A stretch of DNA of 64,000 bases from Azolla caroliniana (GCA_043228905.1 JBHGNT010000017.1:9858001-9922000); one strand, 5' to 3'; shown: positions 40,612 through 54,170, counted from the first letter of the stretch. Made by a program: numbers and translations. The notes: generated from the sequence alone by a model not told the origin.

Positions 40612-43600
40612 ATGACGAGACCAACGCACGACCTGGTTACAGACCGAGCTCGACGCCTCGCCGAACGGCAAAGACGGCGTGAGACTTTCCAGCAAGCAGC
40701 GCACGAAATTCGCTCGGATCGTTCGTTCTCCAACGAGATCCGGAGAGTCGCGGAGGAATCTCTTCGGTTACAGCAAACTCGCGACCAGGACGACGGAAGC
40801 AGTCTAAGTAGTCTCCGGGAAACCGAACGCCTCCTCGAGGCGCTGGCAAGCGGAGAAAACGAGGCAGAAGCCTTTTCAGCCTACGAATCGGATTCCGAAG
40901 GGGGATACAGCGTGCACACGAACTACCGGAGCAGCAACGATACCCCCGGCGGCACGGAGGACGACGGGTCGGATACAGTGCCGACTCCAGAACCGGAACC
41001 GTTCGACCAGGGCTATCCGGAACCGCAAACGGAAGCCGTCAACCCACCAACACCGGAAGTGGAAGAAGCAAAGCCACCGACACCAACGAAAGAGCCGGCG
41101 AAGGTACCGGAAGAAGCACCGGCAAAAGAACCGGAAGTGGAACCAGAGAGGAAACCGGAAAGATATCAACAAACGCCACTAAACCGCGGCCTAATACTGG
41201 ACGACGACATGTCGTTCCAATACTCAAAGTATCGCGATGATCCGGACGCGGAAGCGCATGTTCATGCCTTCGAGCAGACATGGGAAGCAAATCACCCTTC
41301 CCAGCGAATGACACCGGAGGAAGAAGAACGCTCGAAGATAGCGGAATTCGGGGTCACGTTGGAAGGACCAGCGACACGATGGCGGCGGACGCAGGACCCG
41401 GCGACCATCACAACCTTTGCAGAATTAAAAGCAAAATTCTTGCATTTTTTCCACAAGGAGGTCAACCAGACGACAATGGTGGGCCTGTTTTATACGATCC
41501 GATAGGAGGCAGGGGAAAGCATTCCCCAATTCGTCATCCGTTTCCAACGAATGCATAGCCAGCTTGCCCGTGCACCCCCGGAGGAGGAATTACGGACGAT
41601 ATTTTTAAACGCACTCCGGGAACCGTTACGCACGGTGTGTACGGTAATCGACTTTCGAGGAAGCACCATTGACCAGGTCATTGACCGGGTCAGAGAAATG
41701 GAAAAGTCAAGCTCATGGCTTACACTGGGAACACTGCAACGGGTGTTACCCACCGATCAAGATCTCCGGTTCCGGCAGGCAATTCAATGCACAATCTGCT
41801 TGAATGCCGGACACTCGGCAGTGGAGTGCACCATGCGAACTCAGTGTGTGATTTGTCAATCCAAGAGTCATACAACGGACCGGTGCGAGTATAACCTGTT
41901 AAACCGACAAGCACCACCCGTCCGACGGATCGAGCCAAGAAGCAGCCGAGACGAAGATGACGATCGTTGGCAAAGAATGAACCGGTACCGACCGGCACAG
42001 GATGTCCGGTATGGAGACAGACAAGAGAATGATGGCCGGTACGGGAATTGGCATGATAACTACGACCGGTATGAGGGATCGGACCGTTATCGGGAGTCCA
42101 ACAGACGACACGAGCAATACGACAGAGACCATTCCCCTGGTTACCGAAGGCACCAGGAGGACTACGGCCGATTTTACGATCCACCACGACCGGACTACCG
42201 AAATAAAAATAAGAATAATAAGAAACGTAATTTCAAGAAAGGTGGTCACCCTAGGGACCCGGAACATGGAACCCCAAGGAGCCAACCGGCACAGAACGCA
42301 CCACTTACTACGGGACCGACTCCGGCTACCAGCAATGCTGAATCCAGCAATACCCGTAAAGAGTACTGCTACTACTGCAAGCAGGAAGGCCACTACAGTA
42401 ACCAGTGCCCGGCAAAGAGCTACGATAAACGACCAGCAGTTAATATGGTGGTTCCGGAAGTGGCGGATGTACAGCAAGTAACCACACGGTCGAAAGGCAT
42501 GGCCAAAGAGTGGGAAACACAAGAGGCCATACGAAAACAGGCGACGGAATGGGTGAAGGAAGCCAATGAAAGGAACGTCGCGGACGCGGAACGACAAAAG
42601 GCGAATACCATAGGGAGTGCCGGTGGTAGCCACGCAGAAAACGAGACATGGCAAGCACTGCAAGAATGTCAGATCACGTTGCCATTAGGAAGACTCTTGC
42701 AGCTCGTGCCGCGATTTACGGAAGGACTAAAAACGGTCATGACAGACGGTATAACCCCACCGGCACCAGTCCTCTTCTCGAATCCGGAGGAGGGACCGAC
42801 GGTGGTGAACACTAGTAGTCCGGTGATTACAGCTATTGTCAAAGGGCACGAACTTCCCGGCACAGTAATCGATGGAGGTTCCGGGGTGAACGTAATAAGC
42901 CTCCGCACGTGTGATGCCTTGGGTATACATGAATGGGAGCCATGTCCGTTCTGGCTACGGATGGCGGATACGAGCTCTGTACGGCCGACGGGCTTAATAC
43001 GGAATTTGGAGGTCACCATAGGAGGTCACACATTTCACATCTCGGCTGTAGTGCTGCAGCTACAGGCGCAAGGCGCGTACCCACTGTTGCTGGGCAGACC
43101 ATGGTTGAAAACAGCACACATCAAGCAAAATTGGCGGAAAAATATGATTACCTTCCGGCGCGGAAAAGCCAAGGTCCGGGTACCGACACAACCACGGACG
43201 AACAACGGTAAGGAATGCACACCGCTGTATGCGGAATGCGTGAACATGCTTGAAGGGTTGGCAGACGACGAAGAAGCCCAGTACTTGGAGGAACACCCGA
43301 AGATCGTACCACTCTTCGAGATTGACGTAGCTGAAGCCGTAGCGCCATACTTGCCGCAGCGGGACGAAACCGAAGCCGAACCAGACAAAGATGCGATTCG
43401 GGAATTACGGCAAGCACAGGAAGCGTTGGAACGGGAAATGGCCGTTTCCCAACGGGTAAAAACATCCTAGCTCGACGAAGTGAGCCTAGGAAGCAAGGAC
43501 GAATCAAAGCCGGTACACATCGCCAAAGAAATGAAGCCGGAAGATAAAGCGGCGATGATCAAACTTCTCACGGAGTTTCGCGACGTATTCGCCTGGTCAT

Positions 43601-46358
43601 ACGAAGACATGCGAGGGCTGGACCCTCAATTATATCAGCATCAGATCCACTTAGGCAAGGACGCGAAACCAGTGGCGCAAAGACGTTACCGAATGAACCC
43701 CAACTACGCCGCCAAAGTGAAGGAGGAAATCGACAAACTCCTAAGAGTGGTCTTCATCCGGCCGGTAAAGAAATCGACGTGGCTGAGCCCCATCGTCGTC
43801 GTCCCAAAGAAGAACGATAAAATCCGCGTGTGTGTAGATTACAGGAAACAAAATGCAGCCACAATTACGGATGCATTCCCTCTTCCGTTCACAGATGGAG
43901 TACTGGATGCCGTCGCCGGCCATGAAGTTTATATCTTTTTAGACGGGTTCAGCGGATACAATCAAATCCGGATGCACCCTGACGACCAGGAGAAGACAGC
44001 GTTCGTCACCGAATGGGGGGTGTTTGTGGCCGTAGTAATGATGTTCGGCCTCAAAACGGCACCAACAACTTTCCAGCGAATCATCATGGAGATCTTCGGC
44101 GAATACATTCCAGCCTTCATGCAGGTTTTCCTGGATGACTTTGCAATCTATAGCCGGGAAAAAGACCATTTGCAGCACCTACGGTTATGCCTTGAAAAGT
44201 GTAGGTTATACCGGCTAAGCTTAAACCCAGCAAAATGCACCATTGGGGTTTCAAGTGGAATCTTACTGGGACACATTGTAAGTAAGGAGGGCATTGCGGT
44301 CGACCCGGACAAAGTAAACGCGATACTAGGGGCACCGGCGCCGAAAACGGCCAAAGCACTAAGCCGATTCTTAGGACAGATCCGGTGGCACAGCCGGATG
44401 CTCCGTCACTTGGCTGACTCGGCTACACCATTACACACCGCGGTACATCAGACACCGTTCCAATGGACGGATACGGAGGATAAGGAATCGTTGACGCTTT
44501 CGACATCGCTATCGGCAGCGCCTTAATGCAACTTACGGAGCCCAAATGGTACCGGCCGGTATATTACGCCAGCCGGAAGCTGTCCCAAGCGGAGAAGAAC
44601 TATTCGACTACGGAACGGGAGGCCCTGGGCATGATCTACAGTGTAACAAAGTTTCGTCATTACCTATTGGGAAGGAAGTTCTCCTTTCATGTGGATCACT
44701 CGGCGCTCCTGTACTTAGTGTCCAAGGCGTCCCTGACCGGTAAGTTGGCCCGTTGGACCTTGCTGTTGCAGGAGTTCGAATTCGAGATCTTCCACCGGCC
44801 CGGTATCCAGCATGCCGTAGCAGACTACCTGAGCCGGTTAGAGTCCGGAGAATCAGGCGACGGAGTATCGGGTGAATTCCCGGACGCAGAGTTATTCCGT
44901 ATCACCCCGGAAACGGCAGCGGACGACACGGTGGCATCAGAAGATAGGTGGCTGACAAACATGCACCAGTTCCTAAGCACGGGCCTGCCACCGGAGGAAA
45001 TGAACCGGGACGAGAGGAAACGACTGGCGGTGCAGAGCCGCAATTTCTGTCTGTTACGGGACACTCTCTACCACAAAGGAGCAGATGGAATATGGAGACG
45101 GGCAGTCCGTAGTGACAAGAAACAAGTAATCTTACGGGAAGCACACTGTGGGGTTGCCGGAGGACACTATGCCGGGGAAGCGACGGCAAGGAAAGTATGG
45201 CAGAGCGGCTTATGGTGGCCCACGACGTTAAAAGACGCCGTCAAGTATGCTAAGGAATGTGACCTATGCCAACGAATGGGCCAGCCTACGGAGCAAGCAC
45301 GGATGCCACACCAACCGGTACTTCCACTAGAGCCATTCCAGAAGTGGGGGTTGGATTTTGTCGGACCATTCAAGCCACCGGCAATGAGAACGGGTAATCG
45401 TTATGTCATCGTGGCAACAGATTATTGCACTAAATGGGTGGAGGCTAAGGCCTTGAGAGACAACACAGCGTCATCTACAGCAAAATTCCTGTACGAGAAC
45501 ATTTGGTGCCGATATGGATGTCCGATTGAATTAATCAGCGACCAAGGAGGGCACTTCCTCGGCCAGGTAGTGGAAAGCTTAACAACGTTCTATGCCGTGG
45601 TCCATAAACGGAGCACACCATATTACCCACAAGCCAACGGGTTAGCAGAGTCAACCAACAAAACGTTCCAGAACATTCTCCGCAAAATCGTTAATGAAAA
45701 CCGGACGGACTGGGATACAAAGCTCCATAGCGCGCTATGGGCGTACCGAACGGCATACAAAACAAGTATCCGGACAACGCCGTTCCGGTTAGCGTTCGGC
45801 TTAGAGGCGGTCATGCCGGTGGAATTTCAGGTCCCAAGCTTACGGATCCAACTACGGGAACGGCTGAATGAAAAGGAGTCGGAGGAAATGCGGCTAGCAG
45901 CACTATGCGAACTGGAGGAGCAACGGCTGGCCAGCATCCTACACATGGAACTGGAGCAACGACGACGGAAAGTGTTCGTTGACCATCATCGGAAAGGTAA
46001 TGAAAAGATGTTCGAAATCGGAAAGCCGGTGCTAGTATTCCAAACGAGGATGGGCAAGATGCCGGGTAAACTCCGGTTTAGATGGACAGGCCCGTATTGG
46101 CTGACACGGGAATACAACGGGTCCTATCAGTTAGGGACACTTGCCGGTGAAGTGCTAGGCAAGTGGGTCAACAGATTTAGACTAAAGCCCTATAAAGGAC
46201 CGATGCCGAATAACCCATTTATGCAGCCCACCGGCACTATACCGGGAATGGTACGGGTGGAAGAAAAAGACGACGGGGAACCCGTAGCAGAGGCGAAGGA
46301 AGACACGGCAACCCGTAAGGAAAACGGTAAGGGTCCGAAGGGACCTACGGATGTGTAA
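40612..46358 (+). pseudogene. gag-pol: gag-pol of copy B; disrupted
   Basis: TAG stops at 41503 and 43468; deletion/frameshift at the RNase H start (~44487) relative to copy C; integrase with GPY motif. Confidence 0.93.
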
Positions 46359-46374
46359 GATCACATACCGTCAT

Positions 46375-46385
46375 TAAAATAAAAA

Positions 46386-46416
<31 letters not shown>

Positions 46417-46422
46417 TAATAA
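46375..46422. repeat. (TAAA)n/(AAT)n microsatellite between pol and the extra ORF
   Basis: Direct reading of the sequence. Confidence 0.9.
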
Positions 46423-46749
46423 TCATTAAAAATCGAGGTATGAACGGACGTGAAAGCAAGGAGCGAAAAGGTACGAAGTGGGCATTTAAGAGCCGCCACG
46501 CTACTTAATACTAAAATGGTACACGACGTGTGCATGCTCAGAAAAGGCGCCAAGACGCACAGAGAAAAAGCAGAACGCATGGAGACCTTTTCATTTCGCA
46601 AGCCAAGAAGCACAGAAGCACCAAGGCAGTGGAAGCTTAGCAAACGCGAACTTGCGCTCAAAGAACCCCCACATTCGGAACGCTCTCTCTCTCGCTCTCA
46701 TTCTCATCACCACTCTACCTCGCCATCTTTCCTCGACCTCGAAGCAGAC

Positions 46750-49455
46750 ATGGAACCACAAACGCTGTCGGAAGCGGCCAGGAAATGGTTCAGGCAACAC
46801 GGACTGGATGGGTTCTTGACCATCATGGAGGCACCACCGCACAAAGAAGCCGACCGGGTCATCAAGGAGCTCGACACGGAAGTCATCACCGAGGAAGCGA
46901 TCCGTGCGCTAGCAGGGCTTCCGGAGGGAGGTATTTTTCAGATTGATAACCCAACCTCGGAGCAACTCATCCGATATTTCGGTGAGTACTCTGTAGCCGG
47001 CAAAGGCTATCAAACGCAGGGCGGCGAAGATCCGCTATTCAGGGAGATAGCTCGAGTGCTCCATGAGTACGGCCACGTGTACCCCCGACCCCCTGTCATG
47101 CCAAAAAATCGGGCAGGGATGATCATAGCCACCTATGAAGGGATCAAGGTGGACTGGCCGGTGTTGATTGCAGACGGTTTGTGCGCGGCAATCGACATGG
47201 TACGAGGGAAGGACGGCAAGGAGGGCCGGAAGCTGTGGCATGCCGTAGCTCAGTGGATAACATTGCTCGTGCCGCCGGTCGAGACCGTTCAGCCAAAGAA
47301 GCGGCCAAGATTATCGGAAGGAAGCGACCTTCGAAACCCGCGTCCAAACGACAGCAACTGCTGGCGTCAAAGGCGACGAAATGGAAGAAACGGCTCCCAG
47401 AACCGGAGGAGGTGTCACCGGTGGGACCCGTTAAGATAACCATACGGCGACCAGGACAGAAGGAACCGGAACACCTGAGCGCACAGAAACATGCCGTTAC
47501 CCAGGAAGAGGAAACGGAGGAGCCAGAAGAGCACCTCCAACGACGGTCAAGAAGTAGGACCGCCGGGACAGCGGGGGAGCGTTCGGACCCGCAAAAGGAA
47601 GAAACGCCCCCAACTCAACCTGAGCAAACCACAAGGGAGGAACCGGAACCGGTGCGTAAAGAACCGGCCTTGTCGACTTCTATACAAGAAGTCGTTCCAA
47701 CGGCTCCGGAGACGGCGAGAACCGGAACTCAACAGCCGGCGAGCCCAGCCAGCACACCCAGCGGCCAAGGAGTAGAACCAGAACGGCAGATACAGGCACT
47801 CAGGCCAGACAATTCCACAGAGAACGAGCCGACCCGACCAGTACAGCAGCAAGGCACCAGTAGCATGTGGCTACGGTGGGTAGGCGAGCAGATCGCCGGA
47901 GCAGTCGAGTACATAGAGGCGGAGGAGAGAGCGCACCACGAACGGTTGCTCGTCACAACCGTAGATCTAGAGACGGCCCGGTCCAGAATCCGGAGCCTTG
48001 AACAAGACTTGGACAAGGTCACAAGCGAAATGGCTCAATTGGCTTTGACAACACAAGTCCAAGCACCGGTGACTCCGGGCAATGTACAGAATAAAGCGTC
48101 AGATCAACCTGTACATAGCAATCAGACCCCGGCAACGGAAACCGTTCCGGAGAGAAATGCGGCACAAGCCCAAGAGCTTGCGGACTTAAAGGATGAGCTA
48201 GCTGCCCAAGAAGCGCTGAGGAGCCGCGAAAGAGAGTTGAAGACGGCAGCGGAGGCAGAACTCAAAAAGACTGCTGAGAATCTACGCCGGGCCGAGGAGA
48301 GCTTACGAAAAGGCCACCAAGCGTACGACCGGCTCAAGGAGGAAAAGGAGAAAATGCTGCAAGAGAAGGACAGGCTCCGGAGAAACGCTGAAACAGAAGT
48401 AGAGCGCCTGAAAGAGGAACTCCGGGAGCTAAAGGACCGGGAGGACCGGAACCATCGCCAGATCAACGGCAAGCTCAAACAAAAAACGAAGGAATTTGAG
48501 CACTTGCACCGGGAGTATAAACGGAGGAATTTGAGGACCGGAACGGACGGATGAGCTCCGGCAAGCAGTTGATCGGACCGCAACGGCATACGCTAAGGAA
48601 CAAGGGGAAACCAGAAGACGGTTGGAAGAGGCGGAGAAGGTTCGGACAGAGCTCCTCAGGCAACAGCAGGCGGAAAAAGAAAGAGCGGCGGAGGTACTGC
48701 AGAGGCTGCAGACAACATATCAAGGGCAGCTGACGCGCTACAGAGAGCAGGCGGAGGATACGGCGAATCTCATCAAGCAGTTGAAGGAGGAACGACAAGT
48801 TGTGGAAAGTAGAGCGCAAACGGGAGCAAGTCGCATCCAGGATATCATGCGGGCCTGGTTGAACCAGACTAAGAGCTTGATTGACAACGGTTTCGTCAAA
48901 TGGTGGACCAAGTGGGCCACGAACGCGGCGGAACTCCAATTGCTCCGGGCCGACGTAGAGAACCGGCGGAAGGAGGGAGATGATTGCTATATGCTGACTT
49001 CCGAAGACTTCACCGGCATAAGAGATGAGCTGGCCGAAGACTTTCAAGCCTTGGCAGAGGACCAACTAGGGCAAGTCCGACAACTTGTAGCTCAGCTGGA
49101 CGACGACAGGCTGGAGGCGCAGATCCAGTTTGAAAGCTACGAGAGGTCCCTGATCCGGGAAGAGAAAGCACGAGAACCGGTTACGGTCAACCTCAGTGAT
49201 GAGGAACCATTACTGGAAGGAGACCGGACCGGAAGCAGTCAAACGGAGATGCCGGTGTCAGAGAAACAAACGGAGCAGCCGCCTATAGAGCAGCCGGAGC
49301 AGTCTCAGCAGCAGCAGCAAGCAGAGCAGTCGGAGCAGCGTCAGTCCCAACCGCAACCACAGCAGCAGCAGCAAGCACAGCCGCAACAACCACAACCGGA
49401 AGAACAAGTGGAAACTCTGGAACAAAGTATTTTGGACAATTTGGGTGAACAATGA
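46750..49455 (+). pseudogene. Extra 3' ORF of the Gypsy element (~900 aa when joined): globular N-terminus, P/E/T-rich linker, long coiled coil, Q-rich tail
   Basis: Three consecutive ORFs (46450-47439, 47181-48554, 48622-49455) joined by frameshifts, lying between pol and the 3' LTR. Confidence 0.8.
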
Positions 49456-49926
49456 AGAGGCCGAGAAGGGTTCGACGTACAAGGTACTGTCCCACGGGCG
49501 TGCCATGTGTTACCGGCCGGCAAGGAGTCCAAAATACGGAGGGAAGGAATTAATTAAGTATGGTTGTAAATAAGCATAGTATGGACGGACGGACTGGAAA
49601 CGGTATGCCGTTCCAGATCCGGACGGATCCCGAATAGGTGCGATAGGCACCGTTTTGTACTACGGGCCGGAAACCTATTTAAAGGCCCGGACCCCATTGT
49701 AATCGCAGCGGATAATTAATAGAGCATATGGTGTTTATACTTCTGTGTTGATTTCCGTTCTGTAATTACTGTTATATCTTACGCGTGTAATTAACAAAAG
49801 CGCTCTAATCGTGTAACCTACGTAAGTCGGTGTAATCGTTGAGTCATAATCCTATGCCGTAATCACCCTTTGGTGAAGTGTCTCCGTGACACCTTGTGTT
49901 AGACCTTGTCTGGTCAGAGAATAACA

Positions 49927-50490
49927 CACTTAGTTGCCGCTACTGTTCGGTCGTGTATTGCTGGCACTTTTCGATCGGAGGGAGTTCACTCCTTCTCCAC
50001 TACCGCCATTGTATTCTCAGTTGTCATCACTATGCGTTCCAAGCTTCATCTGCCACTGTTCGATTTGTCGGAGTTCACTCCTCCATTGCCATCATTCTAC
50101 ACTTAGTTGCCGCTTCTGTTTGATCCTAGATTGTTGCCACTTTTCGATTTGACAGAGTTCACTCATCCATTGCCATCATTCTACACTTAGTTGCTGCTAC
50201 TGTTCGGTGGTGTATTGCTACCACTTTTCGATCCGAAGGAGTTCAATCCTTCTCCATTGTTGCCATTCTACTGTCAGTTGTCATCACTGTGCGTTCCAAG
50301 CATCATCTGCCACTATTCGATCCGACAGAATTCACTCCTCCATTGCCATCATTCTACACTCAGTTGCCACCATTTTTCAGTCCTGGATTGTCAAAACTGT
50401 TCGATCAAATGGAGTTCACTCTTCCACTGCGGCCATTCTACACTCAGTTGCCGCCACTATTCGGCCCTGAATTACCGCCACTGTTCGGTC
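49927..50490. repeat. ~86-bp satellite, right half
   Basis: Same monomer as 39370-40139, in register across the TSD. Confidence 0.9.
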
Positions 50491-50689
50491 TTGGATTTGA
50501 ATAACTATTCTGTCTATTGATTATCTTGTGTATTGTTGTGTATAATCTTGTGTATTGTGGAATATTTTTGTGTATTGCTGTTGCCCATATCCATCTTTAA
50601 TACGTGTCTTTTTTTAAGGAAAATTAGGATTGAAACCCGTCGAGCCAACTGGGGAAGGGGAAGGAGGGTGTTTAGAATTACCCCTCAAT

Positions 50690-53600
50690 GATCATCATAA
50701 TAGGGATGACGCTATCAGGACACAACAAGTGATATGAAAGTATTGGGCTGAAAAAAAAAAGAAAACATCGTCAATTGTTGAAGGATACGAAAGCCACACT
50801 CACTAAAGGTAAATATAGTATTGGTTGCGATATAGGTCTAAATATCACTCAGAAATGGAAGTAATGAGACTACTATCATAGAGAGAAAGGTTTTAGACAA
50901 TTTCAATGTTCAAAACAAGCATATCAACAATGAAGACAAGAAGGTACTACTTTATGGAATACTAAATGATCCATCGATAAAGGAGTTAGTTGATTGTGAT
51001 GGTCTTAATGCAAACATAACATCTATACTAGTAAATAAATGTCATAATAGTTTCGTATCCATGAGCAGGTCAGATGATGATATTGTCTTAAAAAGGTCTC
51101 GTCTAATGATGTTACTTAATAGTGATGTTGACGATGTTAATGTTAGTGTGCTCTCTAAGGTAATTGGTGTTAGTAGAAAGAGTGTGTACAATACATTGAT
51201 TCGGATAGTTTCCTCGGGTGAAGGAACTAGTCTACTAAAGCTAACAACAAGATGTAAGCCAATGACACCCATAACATCATAAATGAAGGATATAATCATA
51301 GTATTTTGGACTAATGAGAGTTGGGTTTCACCCAATAAGACGGATTTATGCAGGAAACATGTTGGAAGGAGTCAATACAAGGAGAATCCCATTCATCTTA
51401 TTGATGTACCTCAGGTATTTACATTTATCTCAACATTTGTTTTGACTTTTGAGCTTAGTTAGTTAGCTTATTAGCTACCTTGGAATAGCTACTCTACTAA
51501 TCTATGGTAGTAGCGAATTAGTTACTGTACAAAACTATGGTAGTAGCTAACTAGCTACAATTTAGGTAATTAGCTACTGTATTAAACTATGGTAGTAGCT
51601 AACTAGCTACCACTTAGCTAATTAGCTACTTAGCTAAAGTATGGTAGTAGCTCATTAGCTACTACATAGCTAATTAGCTACTCAACTGAAGTATGGTAGT
51701 ACGTAATTAGTTACCAGTTAGCTAATTAGGAACTCAATTAAAGTATAGTAGTCACTAATTAGCCACTATACCTAAAGTATGGTAGTACCTAATTGGCTAC
51801 CACTAATCTAATTAGCTACTATACTAAACTATGGTAGTAGCTAATTAGCTACCACTTAGCTAATTAGCTACTATACTAAACTATGGTAGTAGCTATTTAG
51901 CTACCACTTAGCTAATTAGCTACTATACTAAACTATGGCAGTAGCTATTTAGCTACCACTTAGCTAATTATCTACTAAGCTAAAGTATGGTAGTCACTTA
52001 TTAGCCACTATAACTAAAGTATGGTAGTAGCTAATTGGCTACCACTTAACTAAATATGTACTATACTAAACTATGGTAGTAGCTAATTGGTTACCACTTA
52101 GTTAATTAGCTATTGTACTAAACTATGGTAGTAGCCAATTAGCTACCACTTAGCTAATTAGCTACTCAGCTAAAATATGGTAGTAGCTAATTAGCTACCA
52201 GTTAGCTAATTAGCGACTTAGCTAAAGTATGGTACTAGCTAACTACCCACTATAACTAAAGTATGGTCGTAGCTAATTAGCTACCACTTAACTAAATACA
52301 TAGTATACTAAACTATGGTAGTAGCTAATTAGCTACTGTACTGAACTATGGTAGTAGTTAATTAGCTACCACTTAGCTAATTACCTACTCAGCTAAAGTA
52401 TGGTAGTAGCTAATTAGCTACCAGTTAGCTAATTAGCGACTCAGCTAAAGTAGGGTACTCACTCATGAGCCACTATAACTAAAGTATGGTAGTAGCTAAT
52501 TAACTAAGTGGAAGCTAATTAGCTACTGTACTAAACTATGGTAATAGATAATTAACTACCACCTAGCTAATTAGCTGAGTATCTATTTAGCTAAGTGGTA
52601 GCTAATTAGCTATTGTACTAAACTATGGTACACCCTAATTAGCTACCACTTAGCTAATTAGCTATTGTACTGCACTATGGTAGTAGCTAATTAGCTGCTA
52701 TACTAAACTATGGTAGTAGCTAATTAGCTACTACACTAAACTATGGGAGTAGCTAATTAGCTACTCAACTAAAGTACGGTAGTAGCTAACTAGCAAGCAC
52801 TTTGCTAAGTAGCTACTCTACTAAAGTATGGTAGTAGCTAATTAGCCACCACTTAGACAAGAGAACTAGTGTACTAAACTATGGTAGTAGCTAATTATCT
52901 ACCACTTAGCTAATTATTTAGCACTTAGCTAATTAGCTACTGTACTAAATTATGGTAGTAGCTAATTAGCTAACTGGTAGCTAATTAGCTACTACCATAA
53001 TTTAGTACAGTAGCTAATTAGCTAAGTGGTAGTTAATTAGCTACTGAATTAAACTATGGTAGCAGCTAACTAGCTACTCAACTAAAGTATTGTGGTAGGT
53101 AATTAGCTACCACTTAGCTTATTAGCTATTGTACTAAACTATGGGAGTAGCTAATTAGCTATTGTATTAAACTATGGTAGTACCTAATTAGCTAAGTGGT
53201 GGCTAATTAGCTAGCACTTAGCTAATTAGCTACTCAACTAAACTATGGTAGTAGCTAATTTGCTACCACTTACCTAATTAACTATTGTACGAAACTATGG
53301 TAGTAGCTGATTAGCTAAGTGATAGCTAATTAACTATTGTACTAAACTGTGGTAGTAGCTAATTAGCTACTGTACTAAACTATGGTAGTAGCTAATTAGC
53401 TACCACTTAGCCATAGAGATAATCAGTATGTCCAGTTTATTACGCAACTCAATTTTTTTATTTGGTTCAGGCGAATGCATCCGAATATCAAAGTGCAACT
53501 ACGAACATTCAAGTCTCTTAAGGCACACTTTGTGAGACGCTTGAAGGATCAATACACATGTTGTTGCATTTAACATGTATTAATGGGTTTTCTCAAAGAC

Positions 53601-54170
53601 TCTGTTAATCTACTACGTCACTATAGAGCCTCCCTAACAAATGCAGTTTGCACTGGTGAGTGTCTAATTTGTCGATCGAGCCCGCATGAGCACTATAAAT
53701 CATCTGAGCAGGTTATCTCTTCCATGAGTTTTCATTTAGATTCAATATTGTGTCCGAGAGAAACTGAGGCCATCTTCCATAGTCATAAATGTGACATGGG
53801 TTTATGTCAAGATTGTGGCCCTAGTAGATTTAGGTGGTGTCCAAATGAATTGAGTAGTGAAATATTAATCTCTGTCAAGTTATTTGAGTCAGTTGACACC
53901 AATTTCGAATGGAAAGCCCATCAGTTTAAGACTTGCATATCTGATTTTCTAGATGATGTAGTAGTCTCAGTAGTAGATGTCGTAGAGAATTATACTTTCA
54001 AGCAGCAAAATGAAATTCAATCTACCGGGAAATGCATGATTAGTAAACAATGTGCAACGTAAAATATATTAGATGCTTGGGGAAATGTTGTATCTACCGG
54101 GACATTCTACATCGAAGGTATTTTTTATGCAAGACTAGATGATTACATTACCTATGCTTCGATATGAAAT
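50690..54170 (+). pseudogene. Spliced, internally deleted DNA transposase, Sola2-like (DDD)
   Basis: Exon 1 has HTH-like VSVLSKVIGVSRKSVYN and FWTNESWVSPNKTDLCRK. Intron GT 51415 to AG ~53435. Exon 2 has HPNIKVQLRTFKSLK, TCCCI*H, LCP...HKCDMGLCQDCG and VVDVVENYTFKQQNEIQS (compare DFAENY...Q.EIQS.HW). Confidence 0.65.
51470..53410. repeat. Intronic tandem array (~52/31-bp units) built on the palindrome TAGCTAATTAGCTA
   Basis: Unit CTATACTAAACTATGGTAGTAGCTAATTAGCTACCACTTAGCTAATTAGCTA with a 52-bp period at 51819, 51871 and 51923. Confidence 0.95.

Larger units (their letters stand above)
40140..49926 (+). mobile_element. Complete Ty3/Gypsy element, copy B (~9.8 kb), with an extra 3' ORF
   Basis: LTRs 40140-40558 and 49508-49926 (419 bp, about 4 mismatches by eye); TSD CACTT at 40135-40139 and 49927-49931; PBS; gag-PR-RT-RH-INT order; no chromodomain seen. 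Confidence 0.97.

Noticed and set aside
43468-43480. Programmed readthrough between gag-protease and pol
   Set aside because: Copies A and B stop at different codons and each has a sense codon at the other's stop, so these are independent mutations.
51470-53410. Possible CRISPR-like repeat-spacer array
   Set aside because: The spacers are repeated rather than unique, no cas genes are present, and the context is a eukaryotic intron.
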